Origin: Zootoca vivipara
Taxonomy: Eukaryota
Length of the DNA: 64,000 nt
Assembly (NCBI RefSeq): GCF_963506605.1
Contig: NC_083284.1
Location: 40,052,001-40,116,000, forward strand
Direction of reading: 5' to 3'
Shown one piece after another: positions 12,900-26,270 of this stretch. Both the position numbers and the translations under genes were made by a program. The notes below the pieces were generated by a model. It was not told the origin of the DNA. It was given only the letters and a program-made list of their open reading frames with translations, and ran no database searches. The stretch's first letter is position 1, and each line of letters starts with the position of its first letter.

Positions 12900-15262
12900 G
12901 GCTTCCGGTTTAGCGCCAGCGCCGTCCAGTGGGGTCTGTCTCGATCTCCGAGGCAGCCCATCTTTGCAAGGGGGGGGAGCAGTGGGGGCGACGCTGCACC
13001 CCATAGAGCCCTATATCGAGCGTTATAGGGACGAAAAGCCTCAGCGGAGCCCCAATTCGGACTCCCCAACTCTCTGGTAGGCTCTAATAAGAGCTCCAGA
13101 GCGAGGAGGGTTGTAGTCGCGGGGCCATTTTGAGCACCATTGTTGCCTTCGCAAAGAGAAGCTCCGTTCCGGAGGCGGAGAGCGCTGAATACTTCCAAAG
13201 AAAAAGGATTCAAAAAATAGATTACCGTGAGTAAGAAGGCTAAAAAAATTTGGGGGGGGACACTTAAATTTGGAGCGGGAGGAGATTTAAAAAACGGAAG
13301 CCGATCTCCCCCATATTGATTGAAAGTGGAAACAGTTAAGAAAATACCCATTGCCAAGTCATTTGTGGATTTGTTATATCTATGCATCTGCAAGAACTGT
13401 GCTGAAATTCCCCTTGGTGACAAGGTAGAGGGGAGAGTGTGAGATTTAATAAGAGAGAAGAGTCTCTTACTACCGCTGGAATCGGCGGTCCTGACGGATT
13501 CAGCAAGATTTGTGTAATAGGGAGTTCTGAAACAATGTTGATAAACTGAGCTGTAAAAGTTGCTTACGAAAACTCCCTTGGATTACAATTTAGAAACAAG
13601 TAATGGATTTTAATTTCTGAATACATTGTAACCAGTTTGGAAAAATGGCGATCGAATGAAAAATGCTAACACTTCCTGTGCTCTGGGATTGCACTTTGTC
13701 CTTGAGAGGAGTACAAAAATGTCAACATACGATTACACAGTTGGATTTAAAGAAAAAACTCTGAAACTCTTATGGGAACTTACTATTGGAACACATAAAC
13801 AGATTGCTCAATTAGAGGAAACAAATCGACTTCTTCAAGGGGACAAGGGACAAAAAACGTTGGAACAAGAGAATAAACAAGAAACAGAAGGAAAGCGAGA
13901 AACATGTCAGCTTTTGGATCAAGAGGAAGTCTGCAATGAGAAGAAAGAGGAAAAAGTTTTTGAGCACGTGAATCAGGGGAATGACGCTCCCATGGAAGGG
14001 GGAGCAGAAATTATGTCTGGACTTCAGAATACCCATAGGGAACAAAGACCGTGGGAGAGGATTACCTACATTGAGTGGATGATACAAACAATAAAGGGGC
14101 AACAGCGAGGGAATGGAAAATTTGGACATGTAAAATTTCGCAGAAAGGGAGTGGGGTAAATGGAAAAAGGTTTCTTGTTTAAAGGCTGGCTAAAATGGTT
14201 TGAAACTGGTTTATGGACCATGGAATTTGCTGATCCGAGAAGGGAGGTGCCGTGAACAGGGGGGGAAGAAGCTAAAATTAGAATATAAGATTTAAAATGG
14301 AATAAGAAAATGATATATAGATTTTATAAAAGTATGAAAGTATGAAAGTTCTTGCAGGAAAATTTAGGCAAGGGAGGGAAAGTAGAATAGAGATGTGTGT
14401 GTTTTTCTTTTTAGATTTGAAAGGAGATTATTAGTATAGCTGGGAATGAATAATGGGATAGCGGGGTTCTCTAATCCTCCTCCCGTGGTCGTCTCCGTTC
14501 TGGGGTTCCCTGGTGGCAGAGGGGGACTCCCGGAGTGGGGGGGAGGGGGGAGGGGGAGAACCAGCTGGAAAAAGAGCCATCTCTTCCTATCTTCCGTACC
14601 TTGGAGGCTCTCAGTGGCAGGGAGAGTTCTGGGGTGTGGGGAGAAGGAGGGGAATGGAAGGAGATATATAAGTAAACAAATAAAAAAATTATTGATAATT
14701 TGATTAATTGGCTAAATGGACAATTTTAAATTAAATGACATTAGAATGGTTGGTAAATAGTGAAAACTGTAAAGATGGAGTTGGCAAATGAAAATCAACA
14801 AAGGGGGGGGGTCTGGGGAAGCCCAATAGACAATGTTTAGGAAATTAGATAAGATTTGAATTTTTGATGTTATGTGTTTTGTTTTTATTTTTATCATACG
14901 CTGTGGATTTTTTTCTTCTGTTTTTTTTGTCATTATTTTTATTTTATTTTTTATTTTTTCTTATCGTTTTTGAATGTTAAAGTTAGACAACAGCTGGGTG
15001 GATATTCGCCTGTTCCTATCCTTGCCATCCTGGGACCTCTTGGTGGCAGAGGGAGGTTCAGGGGGGAAGGGGGGAGGTGGATAGAGACCCAACTATAAAA
15101 TGAACCACATTTGATTGCCTTCCTCTCGGGGGGTTCTCTTGTGGGAGGAGAGAGCTCTGGGAGGGGGGTAGGAGAATGTGAAAAATATGTTATGTATGTG
15201 TATGGTCTTTGTTATTATGTAAAATCTTATTATGCAAAATCAATAAAAATTAATTAAAAAAA
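12900..15262 (+). mobile_element. Apparently full-length non-autonomous L1-like retroposon (2.36 kb)
   Basis: 19-bp TSD aaagaactccactagtccc (12881-12899 and 15263-15281). CpG-rich 5' end, AATAAA at 15242 plus A-tail. 167-aa ORF at 13656-14159; no EN/RT visible. Confidence 0.8.
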
Positions 15263-15361
15263 AAAGAACTCCACTAGTCCCCATCCCCCTGGCAGCTATG
15301 GCACTGCATCCATGCTGGTACACTCCTCTCCTTGCCTGGCTGGGAAAGGCAAGTGGGGAGT

Positions 15362-15393
<32 letters not shown>

Positions 15394-15837
15394 TACCCCG
15401 CCCATCTGGCTGGGTTTCCCCTGCCACTCTGGGATTACTTTGCATTAGTAGAGACAAAAATTCTAATCATGTTCAGCCACTTTGTGTGTATGATCTCTGT
15501 TGGCAACTGGTTGGGAATACAGTAGTGACATTGCAGCAGTCTCCACACCAAGTAATGTGTGTGAACTGGGCCTGACTGCTATACTTTGCATGCTTGCTCA
15601 GAAGTGAGTCACACTATTCCCAATTGCTGCAAGTTGCATTAAACTTACCGCACTAGTCCTTTTCAGTATACTAGGTTAGTGTTCCGCTATTAAAACTGAG
15701 ATTTTCCCACATTATCTCCTTTTTAGCCCAATTCATCTCCATTTCATTTACTAGTGAAATGTTTTAAAATGTGATTGGAAGAGCTGGCATAATAACTGAT
15801 ACAAGAACAATACACCATTCACAAAATTATTGGCCAG

Positions 15838-16216
15838 TGTGAGGGACAGAAGCTACAGGCAGGGCTAGTGGGGAGGGAGATATCTCCAGCGGCGACTCAG
15901 GAAGTAGTGACTGAGGCTCAGGCAAGGTAGCGGAGCCCATGCCTAGTGTGGGAAGGGAAGTGGGAGGCAAGGGAAGAAGGCCGATCCCGCCGACCCCGGA
16001 ATTGCGCAGGAAATGACGGGGGCGGAGATTCAGTATCCCTAGACTACTTTGCTGGAAGAAAACACGCGAACCTCCATTCGGAGGTTCTGACCCCTAACTG
16101 ACAACATGTACATAGCACTGTTCTGCACTGTAAATAATCAGCACTAAATAAAAGCATGAAAAGACAACGCTTGGAGGAGTCATTACTCTAGAGTAGCCGC
16201 AACCGCGCCTGTGACA
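15838..16216 (+). mobile_element. Solo LTR (379 bp), probably Gypsy-type
   Basis: TG...CA termini (TGTGA / TGACA), 5-bp TSD gccag, internal AATAAA near 16147. Confidence 0.8.
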
Positions 16217-17606
16217 GCCAGGCTTACATTTTTGCAACAACAAACTTAATGAAAAAACCAACCAATTTGGTGACATAAATGCACCAATTTCATCTTTCAT
16301 CTTCATCTTTCAAGAACTTAACGTAGTGCAGAAATTGTATCTTGTCGTTGACATTTGCACACACTTGGACACAGAGGAAGAGGAATCCCCAGCATTCACA
16401 CTGTCAGTCCCAAGCACACAGAGATTTCTGGGATAAGTAAACAAAACCTGTTAGATTCAGAGTCCTAGGTGGTTATAACCTAATGGATGTGAAAGCAAAT
16501 AAAAAGCAAATGTCTTAATTTAAGCCTGGCATCCTCAGACTCTAATGCTAAGGCATCTAAAGCGAAGAAAACTGCCAAAGCCTTCTGAATTGCGTTAGGA
16601 ATTGTACCCTGGATGAGTGAGCCCTGTATTTTTGTGTGTGTATTGCAGTGTGTTGTCTTTAAGCATAGCTAAATTAAGACGAGGGCTAATCTCAGGACAT
16701 GCAAAATATGCAGGATGTTTCTAGAACTTCCTGTCCCAGCTGCTGGTTTTATTACTTGGGTGAGTTTATAAACAAGCAGGCATGATGCTTTCTTTGATGC
16801 TCTAATGTCATGGGAGGCATCAGATGACAAAAGGCTCATAGTCTGCCCTGGTTTTCCATGACAGGAAAAACAAATTGAGAATTGTCGAGTCGGAAGCTAC
16901 CTGAATGTCAAGTAATCCTCTGCCTTTTCAGGAGTCACCTTTTAATTCCAACCTGCATCTTGGGATTCACCTTTAATTTCCTGCTGCATCACCCTGCCTG
17001 TCAGCTTTGTAGTGGTGATGGTTTGTGAGCAATATACCAGTTGTAGACAAATTATCCCATTCATCCTTTCTGCTATTAAATTAGTCTCCTGTTCCAAGAA
17101 TTAATACCAGTGTTTGTCCATGTTATACTATCATGTATCACAATGACAGAGCATAAAATATATATACCGGTAGTTGCCGGTACGTTCTGGTTTATTTCTT
17201 CTTCATCATCTCACTTTGGACTCTGAATTGGAGCCTATATAATTGGCATAACTACCGGTACCTATTCTGCTTATTTTATATCCATACATAAGATATGTAT
17301 AGAGAGAACTAATTAGATTTTGCTTTACTGATAATAAACTAAACAGTTGATGCTGTTACCTTGCTTGCTGACCTAGCCTACTTCAGAGTAGTTTACAGAC
17401 CCAGTAAACAAAAACAGAAAGTGTGTGCCTAACTTTAGACTTGTGACATGTAGTGTAACTTCAGGCTGCTTGTTTGTTAATAGTATCAGTTTTCATCTGC
17501 GAGGTGGGTTGGCTCTCATTCATGTGGAGTGGAGTGGAAGAGTCCTATGTTTAATGACTGCTGTTGGCCTTTTGCTGTCACGTTGGAATCTGGGTTGCCT
17601 TAACTA

Positions 17607-17891
17607 CAGTGGTGCCTCGCGAGACAAATTTAATTCATTCCGTGAGTCAATTCGTTTTGCGGAAAATTTGTCTTGTAAATCACGGTTTCCCATAGGAATG
17701 CATTGAAATTTCTTTTTTTGCCTATAGGAACGCATTAATTAAATTTCAATGCATTCCTATGGGAAACCACAATTCACAAGATGAATTTTTCGCAAAACGA
17801 ATTCGTCTTGCGAGTCACCATCAGATCGCAAGACGCATTTGTCTTGCGAAAAATTCGTATTGCAGGGCATTCGTCTTGCGAGGTGCCACTG
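17607..17891. mobile_element. TcMar/Tigger-like MITE
   Basis: TIR CAGTGGTGCCTCGC / GCGAGGTGCCACTG, flanked by TA. Confidence 0.88.
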
Positions 17892-18009
17892 TAGTTCATT
17901 GTGCCTTGTTGTTTTTGAAAGTTCCAAAGCACTAATGTAACATGTACTGAAAATTCTTTGGTCTGTGACATGGGTCCAAATTTAGATTGTGTTATTTTCC
18001 CAACCCTTA

Positions 18010-18361
18010 GGGACGCGGGTGGTGCTGTAGGTTAAACCACTGTGCCGCTTGGGCTTGCCGATCGAAAGGTTGGTTGTTCAAATCCCTGCAACAGGGTGAG
18101 CTCCCGTTGTTCGGTCGCAGCTCCTGTCAACCTAGCAGTTCGAAAGCACACAGTGCAAGTAGATAAATAGGTACCACTCTGGCGGAAAGGTAAACAGCGT
18201 TTATGTGCACTGCTCTGGTTTTGCCAGAAGCGGCTTAGTCATGCTGGCCACATGACCTGGAAAGCTGTCTGAGGACAAATGCCAGCTCCCTCAGCCTGTA
18301 AAGCGAGATGGGCGCCACAACCCCAGAGTCATAAGACTGGACTTAAATACCCTTTACTTTT
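18010..18361 (+). mobile_element. Sauria SINE
   Basis: Homologous along its length to 1959-2308. Confidence 0.88.
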
Positions 18362-19067
18362 AGTATGCTACTCAAGCAACTGTTCTATGAACTCTCAGTA
18401 CTATCAAGTGACTGCATTGCCTAGCATCCTGGGTATTTTGGGTCATAGCATATGTCATTAGGCAACTCAAAATGCTTTACAAAACAAGGATTTTCAGAAG
18501 GCCATGCGAGTCTTGCTACCATGCCAAAATTTGGTGTTTCAAACTTTATGCAATGATTTTCTGCCTTGCAGGATGCTTCGCTATTTGGTATGTCCTCAAA
18601 TAATTCACAGAGCTAGGAAGATTGCTGAATATTGGTGGAAGGAATAGGGCAGTAGGAAGGTTTTTGAATATCCCTCTTCCTTTCCCCCCAGCTTTAGGAA
18701 TAGAAGCACTTATTGTGAATGGTCTCTTCAATCCTTACATAGCAACTTTCTTTCCTGATCTGTGCACCCAGCTCATCACCCAAGTTGATGGTGTAACCCT
18801 TACTGGGATTAGCTCTCACTAGCCATATGCTTCTGGAATCCCTTCTAGTTGTGTGGGATGCAAAGCATGTTCAGTATTCCAACAGAGTCCTCCTGCAGGA
18901 AGGAAAAACCCTAAGCTTGAGAAAAAGCATGCCTAAACAACCAGTGTATATGTATTGGTGGTTGTGGGGTGTATGGTTTCATTTCTTTTTTTCTTTTGAG
19001 CTAGACCATAGTCACTAATATAGTGTGAATAATTATAATTGTGCCTGCTAAATAAATGAAAGAATGT

Positions 19068-19202
19068 NNNNNNNNNNNNNNNNNNNNNNNNNNNNNNNNN
19101 NNNNNNNNNNNNNNNNNNNNNNNNNNNNNNNNNNNNNNNNNNNNNNNNNNNNNNNNNNNNNNNNNNNNNNNNNNNNNNNNNNNNNNNNNNNNNNNNNNNN
19201 NN
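19068..19202. other. Assembly gap (135 N)
   Basis: Run of N. Confidence 1.
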
Positions 19203-20314
19203 CAGATTTTAATTATTTAGTAACAAAATGCTTATACTTGAAAGGCAAATATAGTGACTGGTTTCAAAAGGCCTAGAAGAAACCAAGTTCTCTAAAGTGT
19301 TGCTAACTTTGAAGAAAATGTACTCTGTGCTAAAATACACCAAATGTTGTTTCTTTCAATTGTGAATTAATTTCAAAAATCTTAAAATGAGAACTATTAG
19401 TTATTGTACAGTGACTCACTGGTGCAATCCATCTCCATAGAAGAGCAGCAGCAGAAAACATGTTCCAAGCAGCTTTGATGATCCTTAAACGTTCCCCTTG
19501 TTAAAGCATTTCCTGGAAATGCATTGGAGAGCACCTGATCCTCTATTATGCCTATTCCCTGTCATCACTACCTTGATATAATGTCTCTTCCAACTTCTAC
19601 CTTATCTAACTGCCCTCTTCCTGCCCCTCTTCAATCTCTTTGTTCCTCTCCTACTACCCCTTTCCGCCTGCCAATCTCCACCCCTTTTGCATCTTCTCTT
19701 CTCTCTTCTCCTTCTTTCCTTTTCTCTCTCTTTAGTTTCTCTATCGTTCACGCACAGTTACTTTACCAACATGCAGGACTGGATCCCGTAGCTTTTACTT
19801 TAAAATGAAAAACAATGAGAATTACCCACCACAACTCCAATGTCTATTTTTCTGATTAGTTAACACTAGTTCAGACTATAAGTATATAGTTTAGTTGTTG
19901 TTGGTTCTTTTACCCTCTTTTCTTTTACAAATCGTGCATCCCTTTATGCTAATTTTGAACATTGGTCATCATTTTGTTGCCCGTTCATCCATTTTGGAGA
20001 GACCTTTTTGGAACCCCTTTGCAGTCTCTCTTGGTTTTGACTCCTATAAATAATTTGGGTTTGTCTGAAAACTGGACTTCTATTTTTGATTCTGGTTTTT
20101 TGTACCGATCTCCAAGGAATATTTGGAGAAAAGCATGGAGGTCCCTTTTTATATTTGGAACATCTACCGTACTTCCACATTAATTGAAGAGCAGATTCAG
20201 GAACACAGGAAGCTGTCATATTGTCTATAGCAGGAGTAGGAAACTAGACATGGAGCACCTTTGAAGTTTGCTTGTGGGCATAGTTTGAATCCAACCACCT
20301 TGGTTGCATTAGGG

Positions 20315-20563
20315 CAGGGGTCAGCAAACCTTTTCAGCAGGGGGCCAGTCCACTGTCCCTCAGACCTTGTGGGGGGCCGGTCTCTATTTTGGAAAATAAT
20401 AATGAATGAACAAATTCCCATGCCCCACAAATAACCCAGCGATGCGTTTTAAATCAAAGCACACAATCTACTCATGTAAAAACACGCTGATTCACGGACC
20501 ATCTGTGGGCTGGATTTAGAAGGTCATTGGGCCAGATCCGGCCCCTTAGTTTGCCTACCCATG
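20315..20563 (+). mobile_element. hAT MITE family 1
   Basis: Homologous to 2538-2788. TSD cattaggg / tgttaggg. Confidence 0.88.
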
Positions 20564-21589
20564 TGTTAGGGAGTTCCCATTGGAACTTGCTGTCAGTGCA
20601 GCTTGAAAGAGAACAATTGGGAGCTCATTTTAATCTCCCAACTTTGCAGCCATCTCCTAACCACCCTCACACCTGATGCCACAGGTTTCAGGAAAACTGC
20701 CTCATGGGACATATTAAGACCTGTGCCATGCCTCATTAGACCCACAGGCTAGAAATTGGGGGAGCAAATCTGAGATGCACAAAAGCAGGGGAGGAAATGA
20801 AAGTCCCACTGCATTCTTGAAATTTCGCATAGCCTTGGATACAACTCACTGTTTCTGTTTCCCTTGCTCAATTTTGTTGAGTACTTTCCAAAAGGAACTT
20901 TAAAAAATGTTGGCAAATACTTTGTGTTCAAATTAGGCTGCTTAAATTTGGGGTCCTCCTGAGACGAGGCAACATGTGCATAACTTCATGATGAAGTTGA
21001 ATAGTCTTATTTGCTTCCTCTAAGTTGAGAAATATTTGGTGATATCAGGGGTTGGTGGTTCTGGTACTTAGAAACTTAGTACACTTTGGGGCAAATTGGT
21101 GACCTCATCTTATTCTGCACATTGCACATTAAGCAGATACAAAAGGATTATCACATTAAACATGGGGGACATGACGTAAAAATATGAGCAGCAGGGAGAA
21201 GCCGATTAGAGATTTCTCCCTCTCTCATTTTCATTGATTACATCCCATTAAAACCAATAATACTTCTTTCCAAATAAATGTCTGTTGAATCAGAGCATCA
21301 GTACTGGATCTATACTTCAGTGTCGAGAGAAAAATACTTACGTGTGTCTTTTGCAGCCGAACTAGAATGGTAGCTTTCTCTGCCTGCTAATCCTGTAATA
21401 ACATTCCATAGACCATATTCAGCAGACCAGCATCTGAGCCCTGAAACAGCTGATTGCTGGCTAGAAAAGAGGAAGAAGGGAAAAATCCACCCGGCAAATC
21501 TCATTGCAGCTCTATGCTGCATCCCTATCCCACAATCCCTTGCACGGTTTGCTGCAGTCTTTCAGCTAAGGGTTGAGTGAGAAAGATGT

Positions 21590-21966
21590 ACTAAATAAAG
21601 ATTGATTGGCTGGAATTCTTTCGGGGTGGGGTGGCGTGGGGGGGTCTCCCACTTTGTCAGTGACCCGGAGAGTGGGGGGAGGGAAATGAATGACTGCTTG
21701 GCTGGGCCTCCTTTTATTACTTCCAGGATTCTCTCCATGGAGTGGTGGAGCATTGTTAGCTTAAGCAAGAAAATAGTGCTGCGTCTCTAGTAACGGCTAA
21801 CAGGAATTCTCTAACAGTTTCACACGTGAGGCTTTCAGCTGTGATACATCACTGTAATTATGGTTGGCTCATTTGGACGACTGCAGGACACAACTCCATC
21901 CTGGAAAGGCTTTTCCCTTTTTTCCCTTGGCAGTGCATTGATTTAAGCTCCTTTTCGTGAAGATGG
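21590..21966 (+). promoter_or_regulatory. TRIM2: Candidate TRIM2 alternative promoter and first exon C
   Basis: ATTGG (CCAAT) ~21605, GGGGTGGGG/GGCGTGG boxes ~21623-21640, X-box-like GTCTCTAGTAAC ~21783, E-box CACGTG ~21824, donor tgg|gtacgt at 21967. Confidence 0.4.
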
Positions 21967-22216
21967 GTACGTCTCGAACATTTGTTTGTTCAGTATTGTG
22001 CCTGGTGGCTAGTAATGTTATGCCTTTTTGAACCCATCCCCCATTGTAGCTCCTTGCTTTACATAATGATGATGATGATGATGATGATGATGATGCATGC
22101 TTTAAGGCTAGAAAAGTTATTTAAGCCATATGTGAGCAAGATGATTTTAAAAACAATGAGAAAGCAAAAATGTGGAGGGGTGTGTGCATATGTACAAGAT
22201 AGTCTTACTTCCTGAT

Positions 22217-22344
22217 NNNNNNNNNNNNNNNNNNNNNNNNNNNNNNNNNNNNNNNNNNNNNNNNNNNNNNNNNNNNNNNNNNNNNNNNNNNNNNNNNNNN
22301 NNNNNNNNNNNNNNNNNNNNNNNNNNNNNNNNNNNNNNNNNNNN
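22217..22344. other. Assembly gap (128 N)
   Basis: Run of N. Confidence 1.
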
Positions 22345-25061
22345 CTTGTCTCTCTGGTTTGCGTTTGCCATCTGAAGTGCTGTGCTTGAGTAATTCTACC
22401 TATAGCTTATCCTGTCTTTGAAGCAGGGTTTATATAGCAGGAGTCCCACCCTTGCCTGCAGTTCTGGAGCTTGCAAGTTCCATTGCAAACGTTGCTCCTG
22501 GAAACCTATTCATTCATAATGCATGGCTTAGACCCTCTGGGTTGTGCTCACCATTGATAAGTGGTAGGCGATTCAGTCTGATCTTTCAGAGTCTAATCAC
22601 AGCTCTGGTTGGGTGGAGCACTGCCTTTATTTGAAAATCCTATACCTATTGAACAGGCTGCCCTCAATCTTCTTTATACTTTCATTGTGTAAAGCCATAA
22701 TTCTGAGATAAGTATGTTTATTAAAACTCCACAAGATAGTTATTTTTAAAGCTCAAAATGGTTTATTTTATTAGGAGTTCTGTTTCAGATGGGTGTGGCT
22801 GCCCACACTACTGATTTCTTTCTTCCCTCCTTTCTCTCTTGAGATACACTTACTATTAGTGTTCTTGCAGTACGTGCACACACATACGCTGTGTTTCTTA
22901 AAGACCGTTTTTATTAGAAATTGGGCACTGCTTTGTACATCTTTTATAATTAGAAACCTGCAAGAAGGAATGATGATGATGATGATGTCATTTTCTGGGA
23001 GGCTGCTTGATGCAAGCATTGATCTCTCATCAAAGGCTGCTAGGTATTTAAAGCTTGAACTCTGGATTTGGTTTTTGGTTTTCTCTGGAGGCATTTATTT
23101 AGTCGGTGGTGAGAATTTGTGTAGGATTGTTCATCCAGAGAGTGCACGTGTCACCCCTTCCGCCTGTCTAAAAAATTGATGAAAAGAACTTGCTTCCCAA
23201 CTTAAAGATAACAGCTTGTCTTTTTATAGCTTTGCACTGAATTATTAGCACAGTTTATAAACCTTCCTTGTTACAGAGACCTTTCAAACCAAATCTTTTC
23301 CACCTCTGCGACATACTACATCATATATGTGCTTTTCAGGTGAATCTGTGCAACATCCGGAAAAAGAAATTGTGTTCTGAACATAAAAGTTACATGCTTT
23401 CTCATATGAAGTTCATTAATATGAGTTTCAACAAAGAACCAATCTGTTATAGACAGTAGAAAGACTTCTTGGACAAGGAGACATGGGTTCTAGTTTATGC
23501 AATCCATGGTCTCACTGCATTCATATGATCCTCCAAGCCAGAGCTTGCTCAAACCATATTTTTGTAGTGTTGATAAGATGCACAACTATGGTTTGTTTAG
23601 ACCTGGAAGTTGCCTATTAAGCCACATGTGTCAGGGCAGAAAGGAGTGTTTGAGCTCATGGCTTCTCTCTCACACCCTGTTTGGAGGATGCAGCCATTGT
23701 GTAGCTATTAGGAACTCACCTTCTGTATTCTTACACATATTTACTTGGGAGTAAAACCCATTAACCAGACTGAACCTATTATTATTATTATTTGTTAAAC
23801 ATGCTTAGGAGAGGGCTATCCAGTAGAAATTTAAGTGGGGATGTGGGAACCTTTTAGAGTTTCTTGCTCAGAGAACAAAGCAATACTTGTAACTCTTTTG
23901 TCTGTCTTCTTTTTTTACATACATGACTAAGTATGTATAAATCTTATCTGGACTGGGACCTTGTGTATCAGAACATTCGCAGACCCCAAAAGCAGCATAG
24001 TAGGAGGCCTAATATACCGTAATATCCTCTTTGTGTAATAAGAACATTAACAAACACCCTAGTCACTAGGCTTGAACAGTTTGCATAGTGGGCCCCACCC
24101 CAACGTCTCCACCCAGTCAAATCCAGTCAAGCCTGAAAGAGGATTCTGGGCATGTTTGGGTGCCTGTGCTTAAAAGCATCCTTATGGTAGCTCTACCGTA
24201 TGTTCTCAGGGTTCCCTGCAGGGAGGCTCCTACCGGTAAGTAATTCAGTTGAATGTGTGTGAAAACCTACGCTGTATGGTGAAGCTGATTGTGGAAAGGT
24301 CAAAAGTTGAGTCAATGAGGACTTTGGGGGTGTGGCAGCTGCATGTGCATCCATTCATCCCCCTACTCGAGTTTTTCAACTGCAGCTAAAACAAAACCTG
24401 AATGTGACTTAGGAAGAAGGAAATAGTAAATGGTGTTGGTTTCTGTGCACAGGCAAAAAAATATTTATTCCATTTCTATAGTATTGCTCTTCCAATAGCT
24501 CAAAGTGGCATATGTGGTTTCCCCTTGCTAACTTGTGACCCTCCAGCTGCTCTTGGACTACAGCTCCCACCATCCCTGATTTTTGGCCATGCTGGCTGGG
24601 TTTGATGGGACTTGAGAATCCAAATACATCAAGAGGTTAGCCACCCCTGGGGCTAAGAGCCGAGGTAACAGCTGTCCAGTCAGCTTGATGGCTGAGTACA
24701 GGTTTGAACCGTCTCTCTCTCCATTCCTAGTTCAACATGCTAACCACTAGCTGGTATAGGGAATTTATGTTGTCTTTATTGATAAGCATTATGTGTCTTG
24801 TTAGGTTCTGAATGTATTATGCCTATTTTGCTTAATTGCACTTGCTGTAGAATGGAAATGAAATATTTATGTTGTTTGCAATTTTTGCAGGCATGCAATT
24901 TTTGAGATGCAATTGCATTTTGAAGTTTGAGGCTTTCCATAAATCCAAGGAACAACTTACAATCCATATGTGCAAAGATGATGTTTGCCTTCTTCTGCTG
25001 GTATTACTAAGTCCTGTTTGGCTTCTCTGCAGTAAAGGCTGTTGGAAAGCTTTTGTCCTTA

Positions 25062-25314
25062 CAGTGGTGTCTCGCTTAACGAACGCCCTGCTTAACGAAA
25101 TTTCTGCTTAATGAAAGGATTTTTCGAGCGGAGCTTGCCTCGCTAGACGAATGCGTCTAGACGCGGTTTCCCATAGGAATGCATTGAAATTCAATTAATG
25201 CGTTCCTATGGGCAAAAACAATTCAGTGCATTCCTATGGGATTCGTTAGACGAATTTTTCACTATAAGAAAAGACCCGTGGAACGAATTAATTTCGTCTA
25301 GCGAGGCACCACTG
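25062..25314. mobile_element. TcMar/Tigger-like MITE related to 17607-17891
   Basis: TIR CAGTGGTGTCTCGC / GCGAGGCACCACTG, TA flanks, shared cataggaatgcattgaaat core. Confidence 0.88.
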
Positions 25315-26087
25315 TATTTTTAACTAGCTTTGTCTAAAAGAAGGGTTTATGGGGGAAATGAAAGATAACATTTGAGTGGAGTTACTTAGTCAAATATATG
25401 CCTCTGTTTCCATGGGCAAAAGCTGTGTGAGAAAGAGATCTGTGTTTTAACTCTGTGCGACTGAGTCTTACCTTCCTGCTAATGGAATGTGGCCCTAAAA
25501 TACATTCTGTAGCAGCAGTAATGTGGCTTTCAGCATGAAAATGGTTCCTTACTTCAGATTTAGACTGATATAGATGGTCTTCCTATTGACTGCAGGCTAT
25601 GAGGTCTACCAGCATGGCCAATCACTGGTGTACAGCTGTAGCTGATGATATATGCAATATATAAATATGGGAAGGTCAAAAACAGAGAGGTGTATTTTGC
25701 ATCGCATGTTACCTGATTCTTTCAAGTGGTGATGGCAGAAATCCAACCTACTCTATGCAACTCATGTGCTCCACCAGTGAGTTATGCTCATTCTATAGCA
25801 TTAGAAATGTACACTCATCTGATCTGAAAGCTTGTTCAGTTGGTTAAGGCACCCTTTTTCTAATACTCGATATCACAAAAGTATGGTCAGGTTTTAGCCT
25901 TGTCAGTTCTTGGATGGGAAGATAGCGGGAACAGGATATAAATATAAAGAATGAATTTTAGAAGCTAATGCATTGTAGTAGTTGGGTTTTTTTTTGCCTT
26001 GGCAATCTTCCCAGATGCTTTTAAAGCAAGCATTTCTAGTGTAGCATTTCCAAGCACTACACACTGCCTTCTTATAAATCTTGAATC

Positions 26088-26270
26088 AGGATGAAGCCCA
26101 CTGGGATCCATTGTTAATAAGAAGTTAACAGGGGAAAGAAAACCGAATGGTGGGAGGGAGGGGAGTCACAAACTCGGCAGAGTGAATGGAAAGGAGATGG
26201 GCAAATATATGTGGGAATGTATTTTGTTTTGTTTAATTGGAAAATCTAATAAAAAGTATTAACAAAAAAC
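26088..26270 (+). mobile_element. Probable L1-type 3' end fragment
   Basis: G-rich tract, then T-rich tract, AATAAA at 26248 and an A-rich tail. Same layout as the 3' end of 12900-15262. Confidence 0.5.

Noticed and set aside
19540-20200. Possible minus-strand L1 internal fragment
   Set aside because: The composition is suggestive but I could not read a motif, boundary or TSD.
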